From: Chiloscyllium plagiosum
Taxonomy: Eukaryota
Length of the DNA stretch: 64,000 nt
Reading direction: 5' to 3'
Assembly: GCF_004010195.1 (NCBI RefSeq)
Contig: NC_057751.1
Coordinates: forward strand, 7,060,133 to 7,124,132
Position numbers and translations under genes: made by a program. Shown here in pieces: positions 11,450-24,534 of the stretch. Under the pieces are notes generated by a model, which searched no databases, was not told the DNA's origin, and saw only the letters and a list, made by a program, of their open reading frames with translations. Each line of letters begins with the position of its first letter. The first letter of the stretch is position 1.

Positions 11450-14400
11450 CATAAGTTCATAAGACAAAGAAGCAAAAAGCCCATCGATTCTGCTCTGCCA
11501 TTCAATCACAGCTGATATGCTCCTCACCCCCATTTTCCTGCCTTCTTCCAATATCCCTTCAACCCATTACCAGTTATAAATCCGTCTAACTCCTCCTTAA
11601 AATTACTCACTGTCCCAGCATCCACTGCACTTTGGGGTAGCAAATTCCGCAGATTCATAACCCTCTGGGAGAAGTAGTTTCTCCCCAACTCTGTTTTAAA
11701 TTTGCTGCCCAGATCCAAAGACTATGACCTCTCTTTCTAGAATGTCCCACAAGAGGAAGCATCCACACCTTTTATCATGTTGAATACCTCAATATGACTT
11801 CCCCTCATTCTTCTAAATTCCAGAGAGTGTAGACCTAAACTGTTCAGTCTCTCCTTATATGACAAACTCCTCATCTGGAATCAATCTAGTGAACTACTGC
11901 ATCTAAATAAGGAGATGTAAACTGTGCACAATACTCCAGGTGTGGTCTCACCAATACCATGTGTAGTTGCAACAATACTTCCTCACCTTTATATTCTATT
12001 CCCTTAGCAATAAAATCCAACATTCCATTCACTTTATTACCTGCTGTACCTGCATGCGAGTTTTCTGTGACTCATGAATAATCTCGATCCCTTCAAAACA
12101 CTTAGATCCCTCTGCACCAGAGCACCCAAAGTCTCTCCTCATTAAGATAATACATTGCCTTCCCATTTTTTCGATCCAAATGCATGACCTTACACTTATC
12201 CACATTAAATTCCATCTCCCATATTTTGGCCCACTCTCCTAACCTATCTATATCCATTTGTAAGGTTCTTATTTCCTCATTGCAATTTACCTTCCCACTT
12301 AATTTTGTGACATCTGCAAATTTGGCTATAGAGTCTTGTATTCCTGAATTCAAGTCATTAATGTCAATTGTAAATTGCTGGGGTCCAAGGACCAAACCCT
12401 GTGGCACCCCACTAGTTATATCTTGCCATCCAGAAAAACACCCATTTATCCCAACTCTCTGTCTTCTGACCATCAGCCAGTCATCTATCCAGGCTGATAA
12501 ATTACCCTTATCCCATATGATCTAACCTTGTGAATTAACCTTTTACACCTTCTCAAACACCTTCTGGAAGTGCAGATAAATGAGGTCTATAGCATCCCCA
12601 TTATCCACCTTGCTTGTTACTTCTTCGAAGAACTCTCACAAATTAGTTAAGCATGATCTGTCCTTGATAAAACCATGCTGACTCTGATTGTGTTTTGATT
12701 TTCCAAATGTCCTGATATTGCTTCTGTGATAAGTAATCCTAATAACGGAACGATTTGATAATTATTTCCCAACAGATAAATATTTTCCAACAACAGATGT
12801 TAAACTTACTGGTCTGTATTTTCCCACATTTTACCTCCCTCCGTTTTTGAATAAGGGCATTATATTAGCTGTTTTCCAATCCACTGGAACCTTTCCCGTG
12901 TCCAGGGAATTTTGGAATATTTTAACCAATGGATCTATGATCTCCATTGCAACTTTGTTTAATATCCTAGGATGTAAGCCATCAGGCCTAGGGGACCTGC
13001 CTATCCTCAATCCTAATAGTTTGCTTAGTACCTTCTCTCTATCTTTGTTGATTGTTCTACGTTCGACCTTATCTATCGTCTCTGACTTGCCTGTTCCAAA
13101 AGGAATGGTACTGTTGTCCTCCACTGAGGCAAAGTATTGATTCAGCATCTCTGCCATCTCAGTGTTCCCCACTATTAATTGTGCACTTTCATCTTCCAAG
13201 GGGCCAACATTCACATTAGCAACTCTGCTCCCTTTTGTATACCTATAGAAGCTTTTGCTATCGTTTTTAATATTTTGTGCAGGTTTTCTTTTGTAATTAA
13301 TCTTAGCTCTTCTTATTAATTTTTTATTATCCTTCTGTTTATGTTTGAAAGTTTCCCAGTCTTCCATCCTGCCACTGGCCTTTGCAATATGGTATATCTT
13401 AGTTTTTGACTTTATGTTGTTCTTGACCTCCTTGTTTAGCATGGATGTTTTTTACCTTCCTAAACATGTTTCTTCCTCACTGGGATATATTTTAGTTGTT
13501 AGGAACTGAATTGTTCCTTAAACGTCTGCCGCTGATTATCCGCTGTCTTACCATTTAGCCTTCCTGCCCAATCTACTCAGGCCAAATCTGTCCTCATGCC
13601 TACATAGTTTCCTTTGTTTAATTCCAGAACACTACTTTGGGATTCCACTTCCTCACCACCAAACTGAATTTTGAATTCTGTTATACTATGGTCACTAGCC
13701 CCCAGAGGATCCTTAACTATCATGTCATCAATTAATCTTTCCTCATTACACAAACCCAAATCCAGAGTAAAGTTGTGCTAGAAAAACACAGCAGATCAGG
13801 AAGCATCTGAGGAGCAGGAAAATCGACGTTTCGCGCAAAAGCCCTTCATCATTCCTGATGGAGGACTTTTGACCAAAACGTCGATTTTCCTGCTCCTCGG
13901 ATGCTGCCTGACCTGCTGTGCTTTTCCAGCACCACTCTAATCTTGACTCTGATCTTCAGAATCTGCAGTCCTCACTTTTGCCAAATCCAGAGTAGCCTGC
14001 TCCTTGATTGGTTCCACAACATACAGCTCCAAGAATCAATCTCTAATACATTCAGTGAACTCTGCTTCCAGGCTACCCTTGCCAATCCGATTCTTCCAAT
14101 CTATGTGCATGTTAAATCATCCAATTATTATTGCCATACCTTTCTTGCAAGCCTTTAATATTTCCTGGTTTTTACTCTGCCCCATTGTAGAACAACTGTT
14201 TGGAGACCTATAGATTACCCCGACCAAGTACTTCTTCCCTTCGCTATTTCTTGTTTCTACTCAGACTGATTCCACAACTTGATCTCCTGTGCTTAAATCA
14301 TTTCTGATTACAGCATAGATCACTTTCTTCACCAGTGAGACCACTCCACCTCCTTTTCCTTTCCGTCCATCTTTCCAAAATGCTGAGTACCCCAGGATAT

Positions 14401-15310
14401 TCAATTCCTACACCTGGTCTCCTTGTAACTATCCCTCAGTAATCGCTACTAAATGTACCCTTTGTTTCTATTTGCGCTATTATCTCACTAATTTTGTTTC
14501 AAATGCTTCATGCATTTATATACGTTAAATTTATTCCACTGTTAAATTTCGCTCTTTTTTATAATTCCTTGGTGCATAAAGATATTCATCTGTTCTGTCC
14601 CTTGCCTTTATTGTCTGGTAACCATCCACCACATCACTAACCTGCACCTTTACCTTCTCCTTTAAGTTGGGTTTTCTAATTTCCCCTATACTGAACCCTC
14701 TCCCTCTCTATTTAGATTGAAGTCCTGTCATTAGCCCGAGTTATGTGATTGGCTAGGCCTCTGGTACTAGCACAATTTAGATGAAGACTGTCCCTCGCAA
14801 CAGGTCCCTTCTCCAGTGCTGGTGCCAATGTCCCATGAATTCAAACCCATTTTTCCCACACCAATCTTTGAGCCACACATTTACCTGCTTAATCTTATTG
14901 ACCCTGTGCCAATTAACTCATGGCTCAGGTAGTAATCCAGAGATTATTACCTTTTTGGTCTGCCTTTTAATTTAGCTCCTAGCTGTTCATACTCTCCTAA
15001 CAGAACTTCTGCCCTAGTTGTTTGTATATCGTTGGTACCTACGTGGACCATGACCACTGAATCTTTACCCTCCCACTCCAGGATCCTCTGCAGCCCAGGT
15101 GAGATATCCTGAACCCGAGCACAAGGCAAGCTCTTGATCCTGATCACAGAGAGCAGTGTCTGCCCCTAACTCTACTATTCCCAGTGACAATGACATTTCC
15201 GTTCACTCCCCCCACTTGAATGTGCTGCAGTTAGCTCATCCTGCCTGCAGTCCCCATTCCTGTCCACTCACGGACCAAGACACTTGAACCTGTTGGGTAA
15301 GGCCGAGGTG
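11450..15310 (-). mobile_element. Near full-length decayed CR1 LINE (esterase ORF1, APE-RT ORF2)
   Basis: Minus ORF fragments: VVMVHVGTNDI (SGNH esterase, 14947-15147), PLGASDH (APE end, 13577-13759), SPRPDGLHPRIL..WKTANIMPLFK (12831-13442), SGVPQGLVLGP..KFADV (12102-12473), FSQRVMNLRNLLP (11524-11718). Confidence 0.92.
13770..13980. mobile_element. Penelope-like fold-back insertion (family 1) inside the CR1
   Basis: Two inverted arms meeting at about 13850; 14-bp duplication CCAAATCCAGAGTA (13756-13769, 13981-13994). Confidence 0.88.
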
Positions 15311-16779
15311 GTGGTGCATCGAGGAAATGTTAAACCTTGACAGGTTATGGATTCTCACAGAGCTTTTTCTCTCTTCTTCTGGCCTTCCATGAGAGCAAAG
15401 TGAAACCCAACAGAAAGTGAGTAACCACGAACCAAAGTCTTCGCTGAATTATTATTTTTCAAAGCAATGTGTTGATCTGTCATTTTATAGGCAAATTATA
15501 ATTCACAAAACATCAAATTGGTCTGACACTGCTACAGTGACAGTCACAGCATGACAGTAATTAAAAGCCTGCAGATTTGTCAGTGAAATAATCTGCGAGA
15601 TAGATAAAAATATAATGGATGATGAAGAGTGGAAATTCTGAGCCCAGTGGTCCATGCTGCAGAAAGACCTTGTCACTTCAGTCCTCTTGACCGCAATCTG
15701 AACTGTCTAGGTTGTTATCTCACAAGATGAAAGAAATTCATTAGCATTTGTCAACGAAGAGCTTCATTGATCGAAGTTGGGTAATGTTTCTCTGTCACTG
15801 CCTGGCTGAAATAAAATGGGGGCCCGTTGAATGCTCCCAAACTGAGTGCTTCATCCAACTCTGAAGAGGACCACCAGAAATATGGAATTATCATATTAAA
15901 CCAAGCACGTTGCTCCATTCTTGGGTTTGAAAGGTTGACAATGAATGCCCCTGCCTTGCTGAAGGTTGGTGTCTCACAGCTCCTCCTCTTTTTTTATCAT
16001 TGCATTACCTGAGGAGGATTAATTCAGATGGTCAGGAACCAAGTTACTGTTGTTCCATGCAGAAGTTTGACAGACTGCATGTCTCATTTGATGCCCACTG
16101 CCCTTGGATCCCTGATTAGCATCTTTCCTTGAAATAATATGGTGGCTTTATTTTCTGACCTCAAAAAAATCAAACAAGAATTGCTCTGGGGAGCAGATCA
16201 CGTTGCCATAACAAACCAGTTCTGTGCTGTGGAGTCCCATTATTGCCCAGACAACTGGCTGAAGACCACTTGACTCCATTTCACACACTGTAATGAACAC
16301 ATCTTAGAAAATCTAGCTAGACTGGCCCATAAACTCGTGAGTTGGGATGCGCTTGTGCATTCTAACACTCATAGTAAATAGAAAATCTTTAGTCAGAACC
16401 TGAAAACAATTTATGCAAGGTGCAGGCAGCAGAAAAGGAGCAATGATTTATTACACAAAGTGCAGGTTTGAGCTGGTTATCTCAGGTCTGTATTACAGAC
16501 AGGAAGGCAATCAAGTTACTACACATAACAGAGTTGTAAAATAGTTCATAACCAGCCTGATGCAAGCATGTAATCTCAGTCACAACATGATCTCAGTGTT
16601 CACTTCATCCTGCCTCATTAAGTTTCAGTTCAGGCTCAGGTTCCCGAGGTCGGTGTCACATGCAATGGCCCCCCCAAAACACTTTGTTTTGTAGTATCTA
16701 TCCATTCCGTTTCGATGTATTCCTGGGAAAAAAAGACAAACAGTTCTTTATTGTGAGATAAATGCATTTATTTTCTTTA

Positions 16780-17420
16780 TTCTTTCATGGGATATGGGCA
16801 TCACTAGAAAGGCAAGCATTTGTTGCCCAGCCTGTTATCCCTTGAGAGCAGTTAAGAGTCAACCACATTACTGTGGTTCTGACTTCACAGGTCGAGCAGA
16901 TCAGGTAAGGACAACACTTTTCTGTCCTTAAAAGATGTTAGTGAACCAGATGGAATGTCACACCGATCAATGGTATTTTCATGGTTGACATCACTGTACG
17001 TCACAGAGATGTACTTTTGCAAATCTGAACATCTTGTATTTACTCATGAGATGTGGGCATTGCAGACTGGCCAACATTTATTGACTATCTCCAGCTGTCC
17101 TTGAGAAGATGATGGTGAGCTGCCTTCTTGAACCACTGCAGTCCATAATGAATGAATTTAAATTCCAAGTTAAACTAAATTGTGCCAGTTTCTTAAAGAA
17201 CCAGCAGTCACCACCTTGATGTTGAATGACCAAGTGTAATTCCTTTGTTTATTAAGTGAAATATCCTTCTCAACAGTCAATATTCTCAGAGTCAACCACG
17301 TTGGTGCAGGTTTGGAATCACATATAGGCTAGACTGCGTGATTACAGCAAATTTCCTTCCTGATTGATAGATTATCAGTGGATCTGATGACTTTTACCAT
17401 GACCCAGTCATTGTACCATC
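16780..17420 (-). mobile_element. Cluster of decayed tRNA-SINE and LINE-tail fragments (second family)
   Basis: Three pieces sharing CATGGGAT.TGGGCAT...GCATTT.TTGCCC and AGAGTCAACCAC motifs with 32815-33190. Confidence 0.65.
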
Positions 17421-17862
17421 ACTACCTTTACTCAGAGCTTCCAGCTTTCTACCATTCCAGAAACATAACCACAGTGTTATTGTATACCATGTTAACATTT
17501 TGAGACATATGATAGAACCAAATATTTTCCTTTTTGCTGTCTCCAATTTTTTGCAAATTCTTTGAAGCTATTTCCCAAGTTCAACACATGCATCTCCAAG
17601 TATTGAGCACAATCGTATGGAATTAGCATTTAGCAAATTGCAAGAATAATGACTTGCATTTCTGTAGCATCTTCTATGTATGTAAAAGGCATTGAATAGC
17701 ATAAACCAGCATTTGCAGTGTTTCCTGAGGTTCAGTCACGATCATTCAATTGGATGCATTTCCAGAGCATTTACAGATTTTTCATACCATCTGTTCTCCA
17801 TTCTGCACTGACCTGCTGTGCACCTTTTTTGGTGACTTTGTGAAAAACCAAACCATGCAGAT

Positions 17863-18174
17863 GTGGCTCAGTGGTTAGCACTGCTGCCTCACAGCACCAG
17901 GGTCCCAGGTTCGATTTCAGCCTTGGGCGACTGTCTGTGTGGAGTTTGCACATTTTCTCCCCGTGTCTGCGTGGGTTCCCTCTTGGTGTTCCGGTTTCCT
18001 CCCACAGTTCAAGGATGTGCAGGTCAGGTGAATTGGCCATGCTAAATTGCCCATAGTGCTCAGTGCATTAATCAGAGGGAAATGGGTCTGGGTGGGTTAC
18101 ACTTTGGAGGGTCAGTGTGGACTGGTTGGGCCAAAGAACCTGTTTCCACATTGTAGGGAATCAAATCTAATCTG
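17863..18174 (+). mobile_element. HE1-type V-SINE
   Basis: GTGGCTCAGTGGTTAGCACTGCTGCCTCACAG...CCTGTTTCCACATTGTAGGGAATC. Confidence 0.92.
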
Positions 18175-18383
18175 ATGTTTGATAAGTACAAATCAGAAAC
18201 TATTGCTGGGAAGAGAACATTAGAATTATGAGGAGAAGCTGGGACGCTATTGGGTATTGGGCTCCTATAACCTGCTGTAGGTAAGACCGTTGAACTGTAA
18301 GAAATAGGAGGAGGCCATTTGGCCCCTCAAACCTGGTGCACTATTCCATACACTGATATTCCTCTTGTTCCCCTCAATTCGTT

Positions 18384-19175
18384 GCAGGTAAATAGGATAG
18401 TGAAGAAGGCGTTTGGTATGCTTTCCTTTATTGGGCAAGGAAGGAACTGAAGAATGGACTTACAAGAGCTAAAAGAAGGCATGAGAAAACTTTAGCGGGT
18501 AGGATTCAGGAAAATCCTAAGGCATTTGGTATGCTTTCCTTTGTTGGTCAGAGAATTGAGTATCAGAGTTGGGAAGTCATGTTGCGGCTGTGCAGGATGT
18601 TGGTTAGGAAACCTTTGGAATATTGCATGCAATCCTGGTCTCCTTCCTATTCTCCTTCCTATAGGAAGGATGTTGTGAAACATGAAAGGGTTAAGAAAAG
18701 ATTTACAAGGATGTTGCCAGGGTTGGAGGATTTGTGCTATAGGGAGCGGCTGAATAGGTTGGGACTGTTTTCCCTGGCGCGCCGGAGGCTGAGGGGTGAC
18801 CTTATAGAGATTTATAAAACCATGAGGGGCATGGTTAGGGTAAATAAATAAGGTATTTTCCCTGGGGTGGGGAGTCCAGAACTAGAGGGCATAGGTTTAG
18901 GGTGAGAGGGGAAAGATATAAAAAAAACTTAAGGGGCAACTTTTGCACACAAAGGGTGGTATGTGTATGGAATGAGCTGCCAGAGGAAGTGGTGGAGGCT
19001 GGTACAATGGCAACATTTAAAAGGCATCTGCATGGGTATATGAATAGGAAGGGTTGAGAGTGATATGGGCCAAGTGCTGGCAACTGGGACCAGATTAGGT
19101 TGGAATATCTGGTCAGCATGGACGAGTTGAACCGAAGGGTCTGTTTTTGTGCTGTACATCTCTGTGATTCTGTGA
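18384..19175 (+). mobile_element. HER1/CR1 LINE 3' fragment with rearranged 5' end
   Basis: ORF 18531-18851 LEYCMQSWSP..ERVKKRFTRMLPGL..RRRLRGDLIE; tail CTCTGTGATTCTGTGA. Confidence 0.92.
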
Positions 19176-19422
19176 TGCTTTGGTATTATTCCAGATGACC
19201 ATTACTGGTACATTTTGCAACTTGCATCCTCTCCCAATATGTAGAAACCTGAGTAAGGTTTGTTTGAGGTTGTTGACTACAACCAACTTTTCCTTTGTCT
19301 TGGGCTTATCTCCTGATTAATGGAAAAGGATACACCACCATAGCATCTGTGCAGAAGAGGCACTGTTCTTAGATAGTAATAAGATTTATTGCATGGCAGC
19401 AGGAAGTTCAACAACATTCAGC

Positions 19423-21009
19423 CAGGAGGTGCTGGATGTCTTAAAATGCATAAAGGTGGATAAATCCCCAGGACCTGATCAGGTGTACCCGAGAACTCTG
19501 TGGGAAGCTAGAGAAGTGATTGCTGGACCTCTTGCTGAGATATTTGTATCATCGATAGTCACAGGTGAGGTGCTGGAAGACTGGGGGTTGGCAAATGTGG
19601 TGCCACTATTTAAGAAAGGTGGTCAGGAAAAGCCAGGAAACTATAGAAACTATAGCTTGACATCGGTGGTGAGCAGGTTGTTGGAGGGAATCCTGAGGGA
19701 CAGGATTTACATGCATGTGGAAAGGCAGGGACTGATTAGGAATAGTCAACATAGCTTTGTGCATGGGAAATCATGTCTCATGAATTTGATTGAGTTTTTT
19801 GAAGAAGTAACAAAGAGGATTGATGAGGGCACAGCAGTGGACGTGATCTGTATGGACTTCAGTAAGGTGTTTGACAAGGTTCCTCGTGGTAGACTGGTTA
19901 GCAATGTAAGATCTCATGGAATAGAGGGAGAACTAGCCATTTGGAGACAAAACTGGCTTGAAGATGGAAGACAGTGGGTGGTGGTGGAGGTTTGTTTTTC
20001 AGACTGGAGACCTGTGACCATTGGTATGCCACAAGGATCGGTGCTGGGACCACTGTTTTTTATCATTTATACAAATGATTTGGATGTGAACATAGCAGGT
20101 AAAGTTAGTACGTTTGCAGATGACACCAAAACTGGAGGTGTAGTGGACAGTGAGGAAGTTTACTTCAGAGTACAATGGGATCCTGATCAGCTGGGCCAAT
20201 GGGCTGAGGAGTGACTGATAGAGTTTAATTTAGATAAATGTGAGGTGCTGCATTTTGGAAAGGCAAATCAGGGCAGGACTTATATACTTAATGCTAAGGT
20301 CCTTGGGAGTGTTGCTAAAAATGAGACCTTGGAGTGCAGGTTCATAGTTCCTTGAAAGTGGAGTCACAGGTAGATAGGATAGTGAAGAAGGCATTTGGCA
20401 TTTTTCCTATATTGTTCAGAGCATTGAGTACAGGAGTTGGGAGGTCATGTTGCGGATACAGGACATTAGTTTGACCACTTTTGTGCAGTTCTGGACTCTC
20501 TCCTATCAGAAGGATGTTGTTAAACTTGAAAGGGTTCAGAAACGATTGACAAGGATGTTGCTAGGGTTGAAGAATTTTACCTATCGGGACAGGCTGAACT
20601 GGCTGTGCCTGTTTTCCCTGATGCGTCGGAGGCTGCGGGGTGACCTTATGGAAGTTTATAAAATCATGAGGGGCGTGGATAGGGTAAATAGACAAGGTCT
20701 TTTCCCTGGGGTGGAGGAATCCAGAACTAGAGGGCATAAACTTTAGGTGAGAGGGTAAAAATTTAAAAAGGATCTGAGGGGCAACTTTTTCAAACAGGTG
20801 GTTGCGTGTATGGAAGGAGCTGCCAGACGAAGCAGTGGAGGCTGGTACAATTACAACATTATAAGGCATCTGGATGGGTATTTGCATTGTAAGGGTTTAG
20901 TGGGATATGGGCCAAATGTTGGCAAATGGGGACTGTATTAGTTTAGGATATCTGGTTAGCATGGACGAAGGGTCTGTTTCCGTGCTGTACATCTTTATGA
21001 CTCTATGAC
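19423..21009 (+). mobile_element. HER1/CR1 LINE, 5'-truncated, RT domain
   Basis: ORF 19393-20214 KSPGPDQVYPRTL..DFSKVFDKVP..GMPQGSVLGP..FADD; tail CTTTATGACTCTATGAC. Confidence 0.95.
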
Positions 21010-21188
21010 CCCATGAGTTGATACAGGTACATTTGCTCCAACTGGAAGCTGGAGTGGAATTTCTTGACTTAACCAACAGATTGTGTGTGACACCAGTGGA
21101 ATGGGTTAACTTAAACGTTAACCTCTTCAGAGGCTTATCTTCGCCAACAGCATCTGTCCTGTCGAGCACCTTCAGAATCTCAATGTTT

Positions 21189-21780
21189 TGTTATGGACCC
21201 GGCCAGATCTCTCAAAATATTTTGAGAAGGTAGCCTCGACCCTAATGCTTTCTTATTTTAAAGGCAGATGTGAAGTGAATATTAGGGTGTGATGCAGCTG
21301 GTCAAAATACATGGCTTTAAGCAAAACAGAATTTATTTAAACGCAACAGTTGAAACATGAACAAAACAGCATTTAGAATATCTGAACCTTTTGAAAACTC
21401 AGCCAACTCGATACCACAACTTAACTAAGGAGCTGTTCCAATTCTCACAACATCCCATAAACACACCCCTTGACAAAAGGGAAATTCAAGCACAAGTTCT
21501 GACAGGCAAGAGAGATTTCAGAGAGAAAAATCAGTCATAGATCATCTGCTGATGCATGGAACCTTTTTGCACTACTGCAGTTTCTGACTGCCTACTACCA
21601 GCAGCTTCTCTGCTACAACTAAACCAAACTAGAAAATTCCTGAACTGGGATAAGTGGCCACCCCTGCAATTTTTAAACTAGGCTCTTTACGAAACATTTT
21701 GGCACCTCTGCCTTTACAACCTCTCTTTTAAAAAAAGCCCAAGGATAAACTAACCTTGTGAAAGTGACAGCATGATCACA
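21189..21780 (-). mobile_element. Solo LTR family A
   Basis: TG...CA ends (TGTTATGG...CATGATCACA) with 4-bp duplication GTTT. Confidence 0.85.
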
Positions 21781-21927
21781 GTTTCAAGAAGATCACCTCA
21801 CATTTTTTGGACTCCAGTAGCCAGTGAATTATGAATTGTCACTACTTCACTGGTTAATTTCAATCACTCCTTCATTACTTTCACAAATTCAGCATCGTAC
21901 ATGACTTGCCCAAGAATTTCATGAAGT

Positions 21928-22127
21928 TGAAACAGAAATTGCTGGAGAAGCTCGGCAGGTCTGGCAGTGGAGACAAAACAGAGTTAATGTTTCGAGTTCT
22001 AGCAACCCTTCTTTGAAACATTTCAGACTTGAAACGTTAACTCTTTTTCTCTCTCCACAGTTGCTACCAGATGTGAGCCTCTGCAGGAATTTCTGTTTTC
22101 GTTTCAGACTTCCAGCATCCGCAGTTC
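21928..22127. mobile_element. Penelope-like fold-back insertion (family 2)
   Basis: AACAGAAATTGCTGGAGAAGCTC...GAGTTAATGTTTCG versus GAAACGTTAACTC...AATTTCTGTT inverted arms. Confidence 0.75.
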
Positions 22128-22131
22128 ATCA

Positions 22132-22339
22132 AATCATAAAATCCCAACAGTTTGGAAGCAGGCAATTCGGTTCATGGAGCCCACACCCCCTGTCCAAAGA
22201 TTATCCTACCTAGACCCACGCCCCTACCCTATCCCTGCATTTCCTCTGTGTAATCGATCAAGCCGGCACACACCCCTGGACACTATAGGCAATTTAACAT
22301 GGCTAGTCCACCTAACCTGCATATCTTTGGACTCTGGAA
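22132..22339 (-). mobile_element. HE1-type SINE 3' half
   Basis: GGCAATTTAACATGGC...CACCTAACCTGCATATCTTTGGAC. Confidence 0.8.
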
Positions 22340-23939
22340 TTCTTTGTTTATTTTCATGAAGTTGAGTAAGTTTCACATTAACTTGCCATTGAACTCACCA
22401 GCGGAAGGTAAGTTTAGCAATTATCCGTTATTTGTATGTTTTTACCAACATGACACTTAACATAGTCTGTCTCTGCTGCTCAGAAAGTAAAGATGTATGG
22501 CATTTTATGCCTTTACCTTGCAAATTCATTGAGTTGATTTTAAAATGATCTAATTTTAACTTTTTGTTTACATATTTATTTTTCTTGGTCTTTTTTTTGA
22601 AGTCTAAACTTTCTCCTCTCTCTTAAGGTCACTTTTTCCACCAGACCTGACATTTCATTTCCCAACTCTGTTTCAACTTCAGCTGAAACATTTCCTGTTT
22701 GTTTCTCAATCTTTAAATTGCGCTATTTATCCTACTGCTCACTGAGGTCACATTTTGAAGGTTACTGAAATGCTGAGGAATGTGGATTGGTGGCATAGAA
22801 AGGACCATTGAGGGTTCTGCAGCTGGGGGAATAGGCTTATGCTATGAGGTTTAGAGGGAATTTAAGGGAAGATTATTTTCATAGAAGGAGGTTCTTGCTG
22901 CTTAATAGCATAATAGACACAAGAATTCTAATGGCAAAAGATATTTGGTAAAGTGGCATCATCTATGAGGCTGCAAAACAAGAGTGAGAGAGTGGGATTC
23001 AATGGGGTGGCTACTCATTTGCCAGCACAAACCACGATGGGCCAAATGGCCCCTTCCATGCTGTAAATTTGTATTGAGTTTTGATTTCTAAGCTGCATTG
23101 CCCTCAATATGCCTTGATGCCTTAAACCTGTGGGAAGTAGTGGTCATTCTCTTTTAAATAAAAGCATCAAATATATCTGTAAACACAACATTTAAATAAA
23201 GGGGCTCCTCTTGGGCATGATGCCATGTTCTTCCACAGACTGACTGACTATCTAATCGGGACTGGGCAAAAGGTGTACGCAATGCCTTCTTTGTCTCTTA
23301 GACTTCCATTGTTTGCTCTTGGAGAAACTGGAAGCGCCTTTCAATCAGATTGGTCTCAGTCTATTTGCAAAACAATTGTTTGGAGCATTAAACACAAAGT
23401 GGAAAATGAAGGTTCAGAACTGGGCTTGAGAGCCTCCGGGCTTGATGGCAGCATTACAGTACCATCAAATGTTTCTGCATCCCAAGTCAACTCCGGTGTC
23501 TAAAGATAGATGGTTCTTCTGGCTGTGCTCATTTATATTCCGATTCATGAGAAGTTAGTCAGACGGCCACAGGGGTACATGTTTGCTATTTTTTCCCTTC
23601 CTGAGCAGAGAGAAATCTCATGCACTTTGCATGGCAAGAACAGCTCTCTGTCTTGTTATAAATAATAACCTCTCCTGGGTTTTGACCACAATGTGATGTG
23701 TTCAGCTTTGTACAGATGGTCCTGCTCCAGGCCGTATCCTTAGATTTGAGACATTATCAGAAATAAGCTCTTCATTGTATGCCATGAGAGAATTTGATCA
23801 ATGCATTTTCTATCGTTCAAACAAAATCGGCAATAGTTCCCTCATTGCACTTCCCAATGTCGTTGAAGGGAGGGGAATGTGAGAACTACGGTGCGATGTT
23901 TGGTACTGACCTTTGTTTAAGATTACTCTTAATTTAAAA

Positions 23940-24105
23940 AAAGAACGAAAGAACAGTGGATGCTGGAAATCAGAAACAGTAACAGAAATTACTGAACTGA
24001 ATTACAGAACTAAAAAATGATCACTGGACCCGAAATGTTAACTCTGATATCTCTCGAGATATGCTGCCAGACCTGCTAAAGTTTTCCGGCAATTTTTGTT
24101 TTCGT
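23940..24105. mobile_element. Penelope-like fold-back insertion (family 2)
   Basis: GATGCTGGAAATCAGAAAC...CAGAAATT inverted to AATTTTTGTTTT; TCACTGGACCCGAAATGTTAACT core remnant. Confidence 0.72.
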
Positions 24106-24347
24106 ATTCTTAACTCAAGCCTGTTTATGTATGAAGTTAAAATCCATGTGCTCATATGAAATGACTCTGACTGTTGAGAATTAGGCATTTATCAACATGT
24201 GTAGTAACAGTGACGACAACAGTTCAAATCGACCCAGACTCACAAAATTTAAATTGGACAAGCAAGTGATTCAGGGCGAATTGTGTTGACAGGGCTCACA
24301 GACACTTAAAAGTCTATGAGTCATCATCTGAGCCTCATGGTTTAGTG

Positions 24348-24534
24348 GGAGAAAATGCGGACTGCAGATGGCTGGCCATCAGAGTCAAGAGTGTGGTGCT
24401 GGAAAAGCACAGTAGGTCAGGCAGCATCCAAAGAGCGGGAGAATCGACTTTTCGGGCATAAGCCCTTTATCAGGATTCTTCTGCTCCTCGGATGCTGCCT
24501 GTCCTGCTGTGCTTTTCCAGCACCACACTCTCGA
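24348..24534. mobile_element. Penelope-like fold-back insertion (family 1)
   Basis: Inverted arms; 14-bp duplication CTCATGGTTTAGTG (24334-24347, 24535-24548). Confidence 0.88.
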
